Program-made: the position numbers and the translations under genes | Source of the DNA: Potamilus streckersoni | Taxonomy: Eukaryota | Length of the DNA: 64,000 bases | Assembly: GCA_016746295.1 (NCBI GenBank) | Contig: JAEAOA010001935.1 | Span: forward strand, 356,430-420,429 | Direction of reading: 5' to 3' | In this document: positions 51,383 to 61,522 of the stretch, piece after piece | How positions within the stretch are numbered: the stretch's first letter is position 1 | Layout of the letters: every line of letters begins with the position of its first letter | The notes under the pieces: generated by a model | Database searches by the model: none | What the model was told of the DNA's origin: nothing | Seen by the model: only the letters and a program-made list of their open reading frames with translations

Positions 51383-53707
51383 TTAGAGAGAAGCCAACTT
51401 TTTCTGCTCTATCTCCTTTTCAATGTCCTTTAGAGACTCTTGTTTCACTTTTGCAGTCTTTCGGAGAGAATTGGACGCAGTTAACAGGCTTAGGTTATTG
51501 TCCTTTTCAGCTTGTTCAGCATTTTCATCTGCTAATTTGAGCAATTGCTGGATGTCATCTATTAATCTAATTCTTTTATTTAAGATGTCACCCAGCTCAA
51601 GATCTGCTTTTCGTTTTCTGCTCCTCTCACACTCATCCCTCTTTTTCTTTTCCTCATCCAAGTACTGTCTGTATGCATGTCTAGCATTTGAAGCATAGGT
51701 TAACATTTCTTTACTAATATTTACATTTTCAATGCCTCCTACACTCCGAATACCATCAATAATGATTCTTCTTGAAATGAGAGACAACTGCTTTTGGTTA
51801 TCTCTTATGGCTTCTTTGTTCATGGATAATCCTCGTTCAACATCTGCCTGGCCATGAGACAGAGTTAGAAGATGTTTTACAACTGGCCACAAGACAGCAT
51901 ATTCCTTTTTGTTTGCCATCAAAGAATGAAAAAATGAATCTAAGCGGTCTTTCTGTCTGGAGAACTGAGCAAATTTCACAGAGTCTTCCAATTTCAAACA
52001 ATTTTCCAAAAAGGATTTGTAGTTTTTAGCCAGGGCATCACATTGGTTTGGATCTATTCTTCCATTGTTGACTAGAATTTTGACCAGTGAGTGGAATGAC
52101 TGAATGCTTGTCTTTATATCCTTCATCATCATCTCTGGGTTTAAGCATGTCATATGTCTTACAAGTGCAAAAGTCACTGGTGATTTTGTCAGCAGTTTTG
52201 TGACAGCAGCTTGGAGGAATTTCCTGCAATCAATACGGAATGACAAAATGTCCCTATCTGTCAATTTCCCTGATTTTTTTAAGTCTGCAATCACAGTCAT
52301 TGTCACAAAGCCAATTTCAATCATTGCAGGGTCTTTAAGATGTTTGCAATTTGTTAGATCCAATTTTATGAGCTTTGATGCCTCTGTGATAAGGTCCAGA
52401 TGATCTTGAGCTACAAATCGCTCCATAAGACCCCTGATCATTTTGAAAATGTCTTCGGCAAGGAAAGGCAGCAATGGAGTGTCTCCTTGAAATTCCTGTA
52501 AAAATGGCTCAAACTCTCTAGCCACTGAAAGGAAAAACTGTGCTTGAGGAATGAAGAGATGAGACTTAATCACTTCCTTTAGACTCTCAAATGATTTTAA
52601 TTTTGGGTGCTTTTTAAGCGACTCAATATATGTTGCTAGGTATGGAAGGAGGGATATGACTTTCTCTACAACTGTGATATTCTCAAGCCACCTGTGCTTA
52701 CAGAATTTTGGTGGCAGCTCCTTGTTACCAGATACTTTTTGATAGTCCTCTATTCTGGCTGGAGAATCTTTAAAGAAGTAATAGAGATTGCTTTGTGTCT
52801 CCTCCAGATTCCACTCTGTGGCAGTGCAACCATGCCTGAAAGCATTATGAATTAAATGCAGGCTGCAAGATTCTGTTGGCAACAACGACTTTCCAGGATT
52901 TAAACGATTAATCTCTGCATTCAACATGTCAAAGGTTTTCCAGTTAACATTAGGTCCATCCATTGAAATTTGGAGGAGGTTCCTGGTGCCAAGATCTTGG
53001 ATGATTGGACACAACTTGCCAAAAAGATCATCTGCAGTGGCATGTCCCAAAAACTCAGATGTTAAAAATCTTGTCTGCACTCTTTCTGCACCCTGTTCCC
53101 AAAATCTGACATGAATGTCACATTGCTTTTGGCGCAATTGTTTATTCAAACTTTCATCGAACTGCAAGACATATCCATCACACTTGCGTATGCTATCTTT
53201 TAAGGTTGATGTAAAGTATGGGGATAGGCCATGAATAGCAATATAACTTGTTTTGTCATAACCGCAAGTGAATTTGTTTGCAATTGCACTGTCTGGAAAC
53301 ATTAGTGAAAAAACTTGTGAAATTTCCTCATTGGAATTAAAGGAGCTGTGTGTATTCACTGTCCTTGATGTCCACAAAATTTCTGCCTTTAATACATCAT
53401 TTGATGATGTATATGACGTTAATGTTGGGGCAGGCTTTGGCGTACCTTTAGGTAATGGTGAGGCTAAAGGTGAAATAAAACCAAAGAGTGTGTTGTTCTG
53501 AGCAGATTTCATTATTTTACAATTCTGCACATGCTTCTTGCTGGTGGAATGACTTTTGAGGGCAGCTTCTCCCATATTTGCAATATCTATAATTTTGCTA
53601 CAAGCTCTGCATTTAGCAGTCCTTGGGTCTGAAGCATTCTTCTCCGCCCATTTTTCATAGCTTGGGTTAGTCAGCCATCTGTTATTGAATGTGCACATGC
53701 CAGGCAT
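51383..53707 (-). CDS. hAT-family transposase, 774 aa, intronless and intact: N-terminal CxxC...H...H zinc finger (KCRACSKIIDIANMGEAALKSHSTSKKH), DUF4371-type core (..LQFDESLNKQLRQKQCDIHVRFWEQGAERVQTRFLTSEFLGHATADDLFGKLCPIIQDLGTRNLLQISMDGPNVNWK..), C-terminal hAT dimerisation motif (..LWPVVKHLLTLSHGQADVERGLSMNKEAI..) and a coiled-coil tail
   Basis: Single 2,325-nt ORF on the minus strand with no stops; motif pattern FDES…/…VERxxS characteristic of hAT (Ac/Buster/Charlie-like) transposases; lies centrally within an element with TIRs. Confidence 0.8.
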   Translation of the reverse strand: MPGMCTFNNRWLTNPSYEKWAEKNASDPRTAKCRACSKIIDIANMGEAALKSHSTSKKHVQNCKIMKSAQNNTLFGFISPLASPLPKGTPKPAPTLTSYTSSNDVLKAEILWTSRTVNTHSSFNSNEEISQVFSLMFPDSAIANKFTCGYDKTSYIAIHGLSPYFTSTLKDSIRKCDGYVLQFDESLNKQLRQKQCDIHVRFWEQGAERVQTRFLTSEFLGHATADDLFGKLCPIIQDLGTRNLLQISMDGPNVNWKTFDMLNAEINRLNPGKSLLPTESCSLHLIHNAFRHGCTATEWNLEETQSNLYYFFKDSPARIEDYQKVSGNKELPPKFCKHRWLENITVVEKVISLLPYLATYIESLKKHPKLKSFESLKEVIKSHLFIPQAQFFLSVAREFEPFLQEFQGDTPLLPFLAEDIFKMIRGLMERFVAQDHLDLITEASKLIKLDLTNCKHLKDPAMIEIGFVTMTVIADLKKSGKLTDRDILSFRIDCRKFLQAAVTKLLTKSPVTFALVRHMTCLNPEMMMKDIKTSIQSFHSLVKILVNNGRIDPNQCDALAKNYKSFLENCLKLEDSVKFAQFSRQKDRLDSFFHSLMANKKEYAVLWPVVKHLLTLSHGQADVERGLSMNKEAIRDNQKQLSLISRRIIIDGIRSVGGIENVNISKEMLTYASNARHAYRQYLDEEKKKRDECERSRKRKADLELGDILNKRIRLIDDIQQLLKLADENAEQAEKDNNLSLLTASNSLRKTAKVKQESLKDIEKEIEQKKLASL

Positions 53708-54514
53708 GTTGGACTAAACCTAAAGCAATAAAAAATGAAAGATTTTCAGATTTAGCTGTCATTATGGGATATTGTGTATTTTATTATGTATTCAGAGTTT
53801 TCTAACGGTCCAATGTTCATTAAGTAATTATTTTTATAATCTTTTGGCCAGACTTAGAATCTAAGATTTAGTTAATATAATATTATGTAGTCTTGGTTAT
53901 TTGAAATTAAAATACAATTTTCAGACAATGACAATTCTTTTCTTTAACTTTAACAAAAATTCATTAAGTATCCTAGTAACAGCAACACTGAAAATGCCAT
54001 CAAAGTTTACCAGATACAGAAAAATGTTTGATTAAAGTTAAACTATAATGGTAGTAAATATGTTTTATCCTAACATGGCAACCCTCTTGAAAAATGGAAG
54101 TCAAATTTCCCACACTGTAATATTACTGGAATTTTGACTGAAGTCTTCTTGCAATTTTTTTTTTATTTTGAATTCAAATATTTTTCTTTCTTCAATACAC
54201 GATCTATTCTAGTATTTATTTACTATAAATATTTATTTTTATTGGGGTTTTGGAAAATCGGGTGAATTTAATTGGGAGACAAAGACAGGTCTAATATTAA
54301 AACAGTTCTCTTAAATTTTATTCAGTATGGTTGGCTGGTCAACTAAAAACAGCTTCCGATTGAAAACTATAGTTTTTTAATATTCTGAAATGAATGTAAA
54401 GTAACTGCCCAAAATAAGAATATGAAATTTACAATAACAATTATAATCAGGTCGTACCGTACCATCTGCCATAATAAAAGAATGAATATGCCATATGAGA
54501 TGTTACGACAGACC

Positions 54515-54960
54515 CGAAAAAAAAGAGAAATATAAACGAAACCAAAATTAGTGTTTACCATGTGCATTAGATCGAGAAAATAAGTGACTTTCTCGGAAGA
54601 AATTAACTTTGTTTTGATATATCGTGAAGTGTTAATTGCTCAAAATGGTGCAGCAAACAACATTAATTTCCCTATGGAACTACAAAGTAAATCACGTGAG
54701 ATATACTGTTAGGGAACTTACTCTTGTTATACAAAATTAAGAGATAAATATAAATGAAACCAAATTAGTACTTACCTTGTACCTTAGATTGAAGAAATAA
54801 CAGACATTTTGGGAAGAAATTGGCTTCCTCTTGATAGACCTTCAAGCGGTTTTTGCTCAAAGCGGCGCGGCTGTTCATTTGAATTTTCCAATCGAACTAC
54901 ACCGGAAATCACGTGATACTACTGTTAGGGTCACTTACTCTTGTTATATTTAATGAAACC
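54515..54960. repeat. Subterminal ~220-bp tandem repeat (2 diverged copies) in the 5' non-coding region of the hAT element (upstream of the transposase ORF)
   Basis: 54515-54735 vs 54736-54960 share gaga(a/t)aaatataaa(c/t)gaaaccaaa(a)ttagt..ttacc.tg..cttagat.ga(g/a)aaataa...ttt.ggaagaaatt..ct...ttgata.a.c.t.aag.g......gctcaaa..g..g..c..tt.a..ttcc.at.gaactaca..g.aaatcacgtga.a.tactgttaggg.acttactcttgttata; shorter 25-bp direct repeats aaattccatgacttttccaaaactt at 51052-51076 and 55043-55067. Confidence 0.7.
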
Positions 54961-55169
54961 ATTTATCGATCGTAATTTTATCGTGTTTTATTTAATCGGT
55001 ACTCGTTGAAATTTGGAGTAATCAATTTTTTAACTCCATTGTCAGAAATTCCATGACTTTTCCAAAACTTAGCAAGGTTTTGACAAATTCCATAAATTTT
55101 CAAGGCCCTTGAAATTTATTTTCTAATTTCCAAAACTTTTCCAGGATTCCATGACCCGCGGGAACCCTG

Positions 55170-55777
55170 TCCCAATGCTACCAGTAAACTTCAGCCACGC
55201 GACCAAGGAATAATTCAGGCTTTTAAAATCCAATATCGGAAAGCTTTAGTTTGCAATTATTTGCTTGCAGTTGAGGAAAAGCGATCATATAAACCAACTC
55301 TGCTAGACGCCATCATGTATGCCCGTGCAGCTTGGAACAGTGTATCGCCGAAAACCATTAAAAACTGCTGGTTCCATTGTATTCTTCCGGAAATTTCTGA
55401 TGAAGAATTTCACCAGCAGTGTTTAATTGCACAAGAAATTAAAGAGCCTCAAACAGAAATAGGTCTTGAAGCGATGGCTGATGAGATTGCGGACTCCATA
55501 GGCATTTCATTTTCACGTGGATGATAATGCCAATGCCTATGGTGAACTTACTGATGAGGAAATAATTCAATCGGTGACAATGAAGCAGATACGATCATGC
55601 AAGCAAGATGATGATGATGATTAGCCTATCACTATCCCAAGCTACAGTGAAATGGCTGAATGCATTCAAAAAATGAAATTGTTTGTGGCGAGTGTCGACG
55701 GTGCCGAGCATATGTATGAAAACGTAAGTGCTTTTGAATCGTTCGTTACAAATCAGCACCGGAGTAAACAAATGTAG
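55170..55777 (+). pseudogene. pogo/Tigger transposase, C-terminal third (..ATSKLQPRDQGIIQAFKIQYRKALVCNYLLAVEEKRSYKPTLLDAIMYARAAWNSVSPKTIKNCWFHCILPEI..., then after a frameshift ..DDNANAYGELTDEEIIQSV...PITIPSYSEMAECIQKMKLFVASVDGAEHMYENVSAFESFV)
   Basis: Continues the pogo frame interrupted at 51026; conserved LQPLDQGII / DAI..A..AW..V...I.NCF motifs; at least one further frameshift near 55500-55525; stop TAG at 55774-55776. Confidence 0.7.
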
Positions 55778-57199
55778 ACTGATATTACTTCATATTTTCT
55801 ACAAAAATAATGCAGTGCACATTATGATATGTTTATGTACTTGTGTGTTTTATAGATGTATAGATTCAAAATGAAAAAAGTATTCATTTTTTATTCATAT
55901 ATAGTATGCGTTTATTGTACATGTACGTGTAGGTAATTTTACCATATATTTTTGTATTTCCACTACATTATGTTCAGTTTATAATTCCTAGATATTTTGA
56001 AAATATTGCTGACATGTTTGGCTATTTTGTCATAAAATGCAATACAATAAATCGTCATGATATTAGGTGCAAATGGAACAATTTCATCACCTGAATGAAT
56101 ATTCAGCCGACCAGCACTTTTCCGTCTGCACATTGATTATTAATGTGTACATGTACATAATATTTCATTACTTGTATCTCCTTGATTGTAGTTTCTTGTA
56201 TATGTACTTCGGAACATAATTCATATCTTAAATGTACCTTAAGAAATAAAAGGGAAATGATAAAATACACATGTAGCTAACATCTAAGATTCTGTGTTTT
56301 CGTAAAATAAAGTTACATTGTAATTTGTGCACACTCTTGTCTTTGTGAATTTCTGAATATTTTATGTAGTGAACATGATATATTCTTAATAAACTAATCA
56401 ATTAAGCTACTTTTACAAATCAAAAATAGAAAGAATATGAAATAAACATGTGACTACTGCCAAAACAGACCAAAATTGTTCCTGAAAATCTATCGCTTTT
56501 GCTGACTATTTATTGTACAATTTCTGTGAGATTGACGTTAAAAAGTTGCATTTCGTCGAATTAAGCGGGTCCACATGTTACTTCGGACCGAAACTTATGC
56601 CCGACATAACCGGGTTATCGACTTAACAGAGGTCGAGATAAACGGGTAAAAAATAGCATAACAGAAAAGAATTTTTTCGGGACCGGACTCAAACGCTCGA
56701 CATAAGCGGGTTGTCGAGATAACCGAGGTCAAGATAAGTGGGTTTGGCTGTATGTAAAACATAATTGCAATTTGCGACATTGGCAAAGCCCAGCGCAATC
56801 ACTGTTATTGATTTCATTTCCGGTTATTGCCGTATAAATATTGCCTGCGAACTCAAAATCAAGAGACTTGGACAATATGTTATTTGCAAATTTAGACAAG
56901 TGTTTTGTAGTTAAACGTTAAAATGTTGAATATTTCAATGAGATTCAGAACTGTGCTAAAGTTGCTATAACTGATAGTTCGGATGCGACCGTAGCCAAGT
57001 GTAAGAAAGTACGTGATTTCTGGCTATGTGGGGACTGCAACTTTTGCTGGTGGGACTCTAATTTTTACCAAATTAGGAGTCCATTTTCCTAGTTTTAAAA
57101 TCCTAGTGAGACCTCTGGTTCTGAATATATTTCAACCTGTACTCTGTTGGCAAAATCACAGGGCACACCAATGGAAAAAATTAACCCATACCATTTTTT

Positions 57200-57203
57200 C
57201 CCA

Positions 57204-57250
<47 letters not shown>
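57200..57250. repeat. (TA)n microsatellite
   Basis: Direct read. Confidence 0.95.
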
Positions 57251-58002
57251 CAGAAATTCATTACAAAAAGAAGTCTCATGCCTATGAAATAATGTCTTTG
57301 CTAATCACTGATTTTGGGTCATACAAATGTAGAAAATATGGAAGTACCATGACTGAATAATTAACATCAGGATCATTGAAAAGCTGATGACCATAAACTG
57401 ATACATGTTTACGAGGTCTCTAAATGATCAATTATGATATAATAGGTACAAAAAATATTGCTAAAAATAAAAAAGTCACTTTTGTACAAATATTAGTTAA
57501 CAATGAACTAATGTGGTAAAGTAACTAAGATATGTATCTACACGTCAAAATCCAAGACAAGAAGGTGCAACAAAACAAAATACAAAAGCTATTTGAGCTT
57601 GAAAATGAAGTCAATGCAACCTACTTTTAGTGTGGTTGAATTACACCCACTGACAGACACCAGCATAACAATTTTCATGTGTAGGTGAAACTGTATCTAG
57701 GATAGTGATGGTGCAATGATTCATCTTGTAACTAAGTAAATGCATAAATGCAATATCCAATCATGACTTTGTTGATGAGGGATACAATTCTTAAGGTGGT
57801 GACAAGCTTAGCCACCAATATAGCTAATTAGTATAGCCAGTGTAGATCACAGATTATTTAGACTTGAAAGTTAAACTGCTTTTAGTTTTTGCATTTTCGT
57901 ATGCTGTTTGATTTTTTTTAAAAAATTTGATTCCTGAGTCTACTAACCATTATGTTTACTTCTGAGCCTAAAAATCTAAAAAATAAAAATTTGAAATCAT
58001 AC

Positions 58003-58128
58003 CCTTGTTCTGGTTCTTGTTGTCTTGCCCACTACCTGGACTACCTGCTGGTGACTTAATGCTTTTCTCTGCCATAACAAATGATTTAACATCATTATCC
58101 TTCTCAGCATGTGCCTGCGAGGCATTTT
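58003..58128 (-). CDS. Internal coding exon (minus strand), paralogue of 43196-43071: (E)NASQAHAEKDNDVKSFVMAEKSIKSPAGSPGSGQDNKNQNK
   Basis: Same acceptor tcaacag|AA and donor AAGGG|gtatga; 126 nt open; phase-compatible with exon 60052-59881 upstream (G|AA) and exon 45692-45543 downstream (G|AT). Confidence 0.5.
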
Positions 58129-59880
58129 CTGTTGACATGAAAATGAAATATAAATACTACATTGCTTATGAAATTAGCATCTTACATTCACATCAGCTTA
58201 AGTACACAGAGATAGACTAACCATTATTCATTTGTGAGAGTGTAGTTGTCATCTAATTGCTCATCACTATACAATGTAATATCCAAGCATAACAAGCATG
58301 GGTCTGCACTCCAGTGTGGTGTGTCTTTTTATATGTGATAGATTTATGATAGGCTGTATTATTACTTCCTGTAAGGCCTTTGAAGGTGGAGTAAAATATA
58401 CCAGGTAATTTACTTATTTGGCTATGCAGACCCCAGTCAGGTAATTTACCTATCCAGCCATGTGGACCCCAATCAGGTAATTTACCTATCCAGCCATGTG
58501 GACCCCAATCAGGTAATTTACCTATCCAGCTAAGTGGAACCCAATCAGAGAGAGTAATGTCTGATGGAATTAATACCTGCTGATTGAAGGAAACATACTA
58601 ATATACCAGTCTACTATTCCTTCTACATATAATGTTTCAAGCAAATAGGGTGGAACTTGATCTACTATCACATAATTAGTATGTTAAACATAAATACATT
58701 AACCAGAAATTCTCCTTCTGGACATTAATGTCTTTACCAACAGTTCTTTGTCACACACGGCATACAGCCAGAAAAATTTGGACTAGATTTGTTTGAAAAG
58801 CTCATATGCCCCATTACCCTACCTCAAAAGTCCCCAAAACAATGTTTTTATTGTATTTAAGATAATGTTGTAAAACATGTTTGGGTCATCATTTACTTAT
58901 ATATATAAATGTGCAGGCCAAGTTTCAATTGCAACAGAGTTAAAAATGAAGTCCAAAGATCTGGACAAATTTTCAAAATTTATATAATGGCCTGAAAATC
59001 TAATCTGATAATCTACAACAAACTTCTAGGGATGGCACAAAACATCCAACAAGGTGATTATTTTTACAGAATAATGTTTAAGATGGATCAAAACATGGCT
59101 GCAAAAAAAAAAAACATACTATGTCACTAACAATATTTATAATGGAAAATTAAAACTGGATTGCTGAAACTTTTAAGCATCAAAAGAGACAAAAAACTAT
59201 GTCCCAAATATTGACAAATTTGTCAAAATCCTGTCCTCAGTACACAAAAAAAACCTCAGAATCCTGTCCTCAGTACAAAAAAAGCTGTCAAATCAAGCCC
59301 TTATTACTGACAAAACTGTCAGACTCCATAGTCTGAACACATGATAAAGATTGCTAAAGATCATCAATGGCACAAAAATCTACACCTATACAAAAACATA
59401 CATATTATACCCATTTTGCCTAATTCATGCAGTTTCTACTTAAATCTTGATAGGCAATGTTTCTAGATATTTTAATGGCTTGTATACAAAATCTGGCTAT
59501 CTATATACAGTGAGAAATGTGCCTACTGAATTTTACCTGTCAGAGTTAGGCAATTTTTACATAATCATGCCAACAAGGTTCATAATGAAAGGTGCTAACA
59601 AGCTTCCCAATACAGATGTAGAGATGAAGAGGGACAAATTAAGATGCTCTCAATAGAGAAAACACAACAGAAACATCAAGAATAGATTAAATAATTGTTA
59701 ATACTTGCTTTCCCCTGCTACTTCTTGGTATATACTTTTCTTTAAACCTAGTACCTCTAAAAATATTTCCCTTATTTAAAACTTGAGTACAAAAATGCCA
59801 AAACATTTGCAACTGCAATGGTTTAGCATTGTAAACCTGCATCTTTCATCCCACCCACCCATTCAACCTCAGGTCAATAC

Positions 59881-60052
59881 CTATCAATTTAGTTTTCAGC
59901 TGCAAGTTTTCATTCTTCAGTTTCTCTATTTCATTTTTCAGATGTCGCTTTTTGAGCTCCTTGGCATATTTGTCCCTCTCTTTCTGAAGTTCTTCCAGTT
60001 CCCTCTGCAGCTGCTGGATTTCGTCATCTTCATCAAGACAAATGACCTCCAT
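59881..60052 (-). CDS. First coding exon (minus strand) with the start codon: MEVICLDEDDEIQQLQRELEELQKERDKYAKELKKRHLKNEIEKLKNENLQLKTKLI(E); predicted coiled coil
   Basis: ATG at 60050-60052 in good Kozak context (acacaATGG) with an in-frame TAA 9 nt upstream; donor ATAG|gtattg at 59875-59880; heptad-like Leu/Glu/Lys pattern; phase (ends with 1 nt) matches the next exon; a possible 5'-UTR acceptor ctatttcag lies just upstream. Confidence 0.5.
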
Positions 60053-60769
60053 TGTGTTTTACACACTGCCTTCTTTACTTAACAGCTGAAATAGAACAAC
60101 ATGTCTATTCAGTACATGTGCATGCCTGTAAGAATTCTTTGATCCTATTACGGAGCAATAAAAAATAGGAACCTCAACAGATAAATGTAACATAAACAGA
60201 CCACCTTTTATAAAGCCAACCAAGGTGGCTTATCACACAGGTGTCCTTATCAATTAGGTGAATTTTACTAAGGACAAAATTGTAAATTATATGCTGTAAT
60301 GACCAATCTGAGGCTTATCTCTTTTCAGAAAGATCACTCAAGTGGTGGGACCACTGTAATTCTCATCCTATATTCAGCAACGTCTCCAGGACACACAATT
60401 ACATGAATCACCCACAAAAATACAAGCAAATACATAAAAATCAAAGACAGTCAATTTTCCATTTGCAAAATGTTTAACAATCATCAATGTTACTGAAGCT
60501 ATATCAGATCATGTATGTGCTAGTTGTGTCACAAAATACTGTTCCAATAAACAACTACAAGATTTATCTCATACATTATAAGTTTTTTATCATGCACACA
60601 AATGCCATAGTTGTGAAAATTGTGGAGAAATCACTGTATGCACTATTTAAATTCAATTAAAATTTAATTCTTTCTTGTGATAACAACACCACAACACAAA
60701 TATATAATATGAATATCATTGCAATTTGACTTAAACATTGCTTCTAAAACACTGATATATACACACACA

Positions 60770-60778
60770 CACACACAC

Positions 60779-60870
<92 letters not shown>
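60770..60870. repeat. Compound (AC)n(AT)n microsatellite; a second (AT)n at 61440-61520
   Basis: Direct read. Confidence 0.95.
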
Positions 60871-60872
<2 letters not shown>

Positions 60873-61438
60873 AAAGAAGAGTTGTCAAAATACTTTTAAA
60901 ACAACTGATGAATTTTGTAAATTGAAAATGTCACATCTCTACCCAGATTTAATAATAAACCAGTCAAAATATTTTAATTCACTCTGCCAAGATGATGACA
61001 AAAGCAGTAATGCCTAATACAAGTAACAAACTCTTGGTGTCCAAATTAATGCCCAACACAAGCAACTCAGTCTTGGTCAGGAGTCATGCTAACAGGAAAA
61101 ATAGGCAATTAAGTCACCTAAAAAATTTAAACTTTGTGGCCTTCTGATAGGAAAGCAAAAACAACTTCCCCTGTGATTATTTTAGAAATACATTGATAAA
61201 TTATACCTTTTGAGATGCCTCTTGCCTTAGGCAGATTTATTCTAGTATTGTGTTGTAGCTAAAAGTATTCTTCAAGCCATCAGTAGCTAGACCTAGTTTT
61301 GAAATCAATTACACTAACAAACAACCTCTTGCACATTCACAGGCATTGGTTTTGATAGCTGACTGACCATTAACCATACCCTGAGTTGGCAACTAAGGCC
61401 CCTATCACATTATTCTTCAATGACAAAAATATATAAAC

Positions 61439-61522
<84 letters not shown>

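Larger units (their letters stand above)
51027..55169 (-). mobile_element. hAT-superfamily DNA transposon (4,143 bp), apparently autonomous: 9-bp perfect termini CAGGGTTCC (16-17 bp with mismatches), flanked by a direct duplication TCCCAA, encodes an uninterrupted 774-aa transposase, has subterminal repeats
   Basis: Left end 51027 cagggttcctgcagtc vs the reverse complement of the right end gacccgcgggaaccctg (55153-55169); TCCCAA at 51021-51026 and 55170-55175; removing the element plus one TCCCAA restores the pogo reading frame exactly (..YFFPPN|ATSKLQPRDQGIIQAFKIQYRK..). Confidence 0.8.
48840..56750 (+). mobile_element. pogo/Tigger-like (Tc1/mariner superfamily) DNA transposon, decayed; about 3.76 kb of its own sequence plus a nested 4.1-kb hAT element; termini CAGTCAAACCC(GG/AC)TTATCT(C/T)GA; TA target duplication
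   Basis: Terminal inverted repeat at 48840-48861 vs the reverse complement of 56729-56750 (18/22 matches); TA at 48838-48839 and 56751-56752, which rejoin the host sequence ttgtcaaTAtgtaaaac; shared subterminal CCGGTCCCGA / cgacataaccggg motifs; interior encodes a CENP-B/pogo-type transposase. Confidence 0.75.
48079..57114. mobile_element. 9-kb insertion present only in duplication unit B. It is a ~1.1-kb MITE-like element (arms 48079-48839 and 56753-57114; short imperfect termini AGAG(A/G)TCTCA; about 6-7-bp GGTTCT(C/G) target duplication) that later received the pogo element
   Basis: Unit A reads ...aacggttctgaatgaattcaacctg continuously, while unit B reads ...atggttct|CAGAGATCTCAAAAACG......CTAGTGAGACCTCT|ggttctgaatatatttcaacctg. 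Confidence 0.5.
44895..59290. repeat. Unit B of the tandem macro-duplication, expanded from about 4.8 to 14.4 kb by later insertions (SINE-B at 45100-45350; a 60-bp minisatellite block; a 9-kb nested DNA-transposon complex at 48079-57114)
   Basis: See unit A; segments present in B but absent from A coincide with elements that carry their own target-site duplications. Confidence 0.7.

Noticed and set aside
52104-53501. Plus-strand ORFs of 62-99 aa antisense to the hAT transposase, and 51423-51698
   Set aside because: They are shadow ORFs on the strand opposite a long genuine CDS, with no independent support.
51021-55175. Attempt to fit a canonical 8-bp hAT target-site duplication
   Set aside because: The 8-mers flanking the TIRs (CCTCCCAA vs TCCCAATG) do not match. 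Only TCCCAA (6 bp), or 5 bp with a 10-bp TIR, is duplicated. I recorded this as an anomaly rather than forcing 8 bp.
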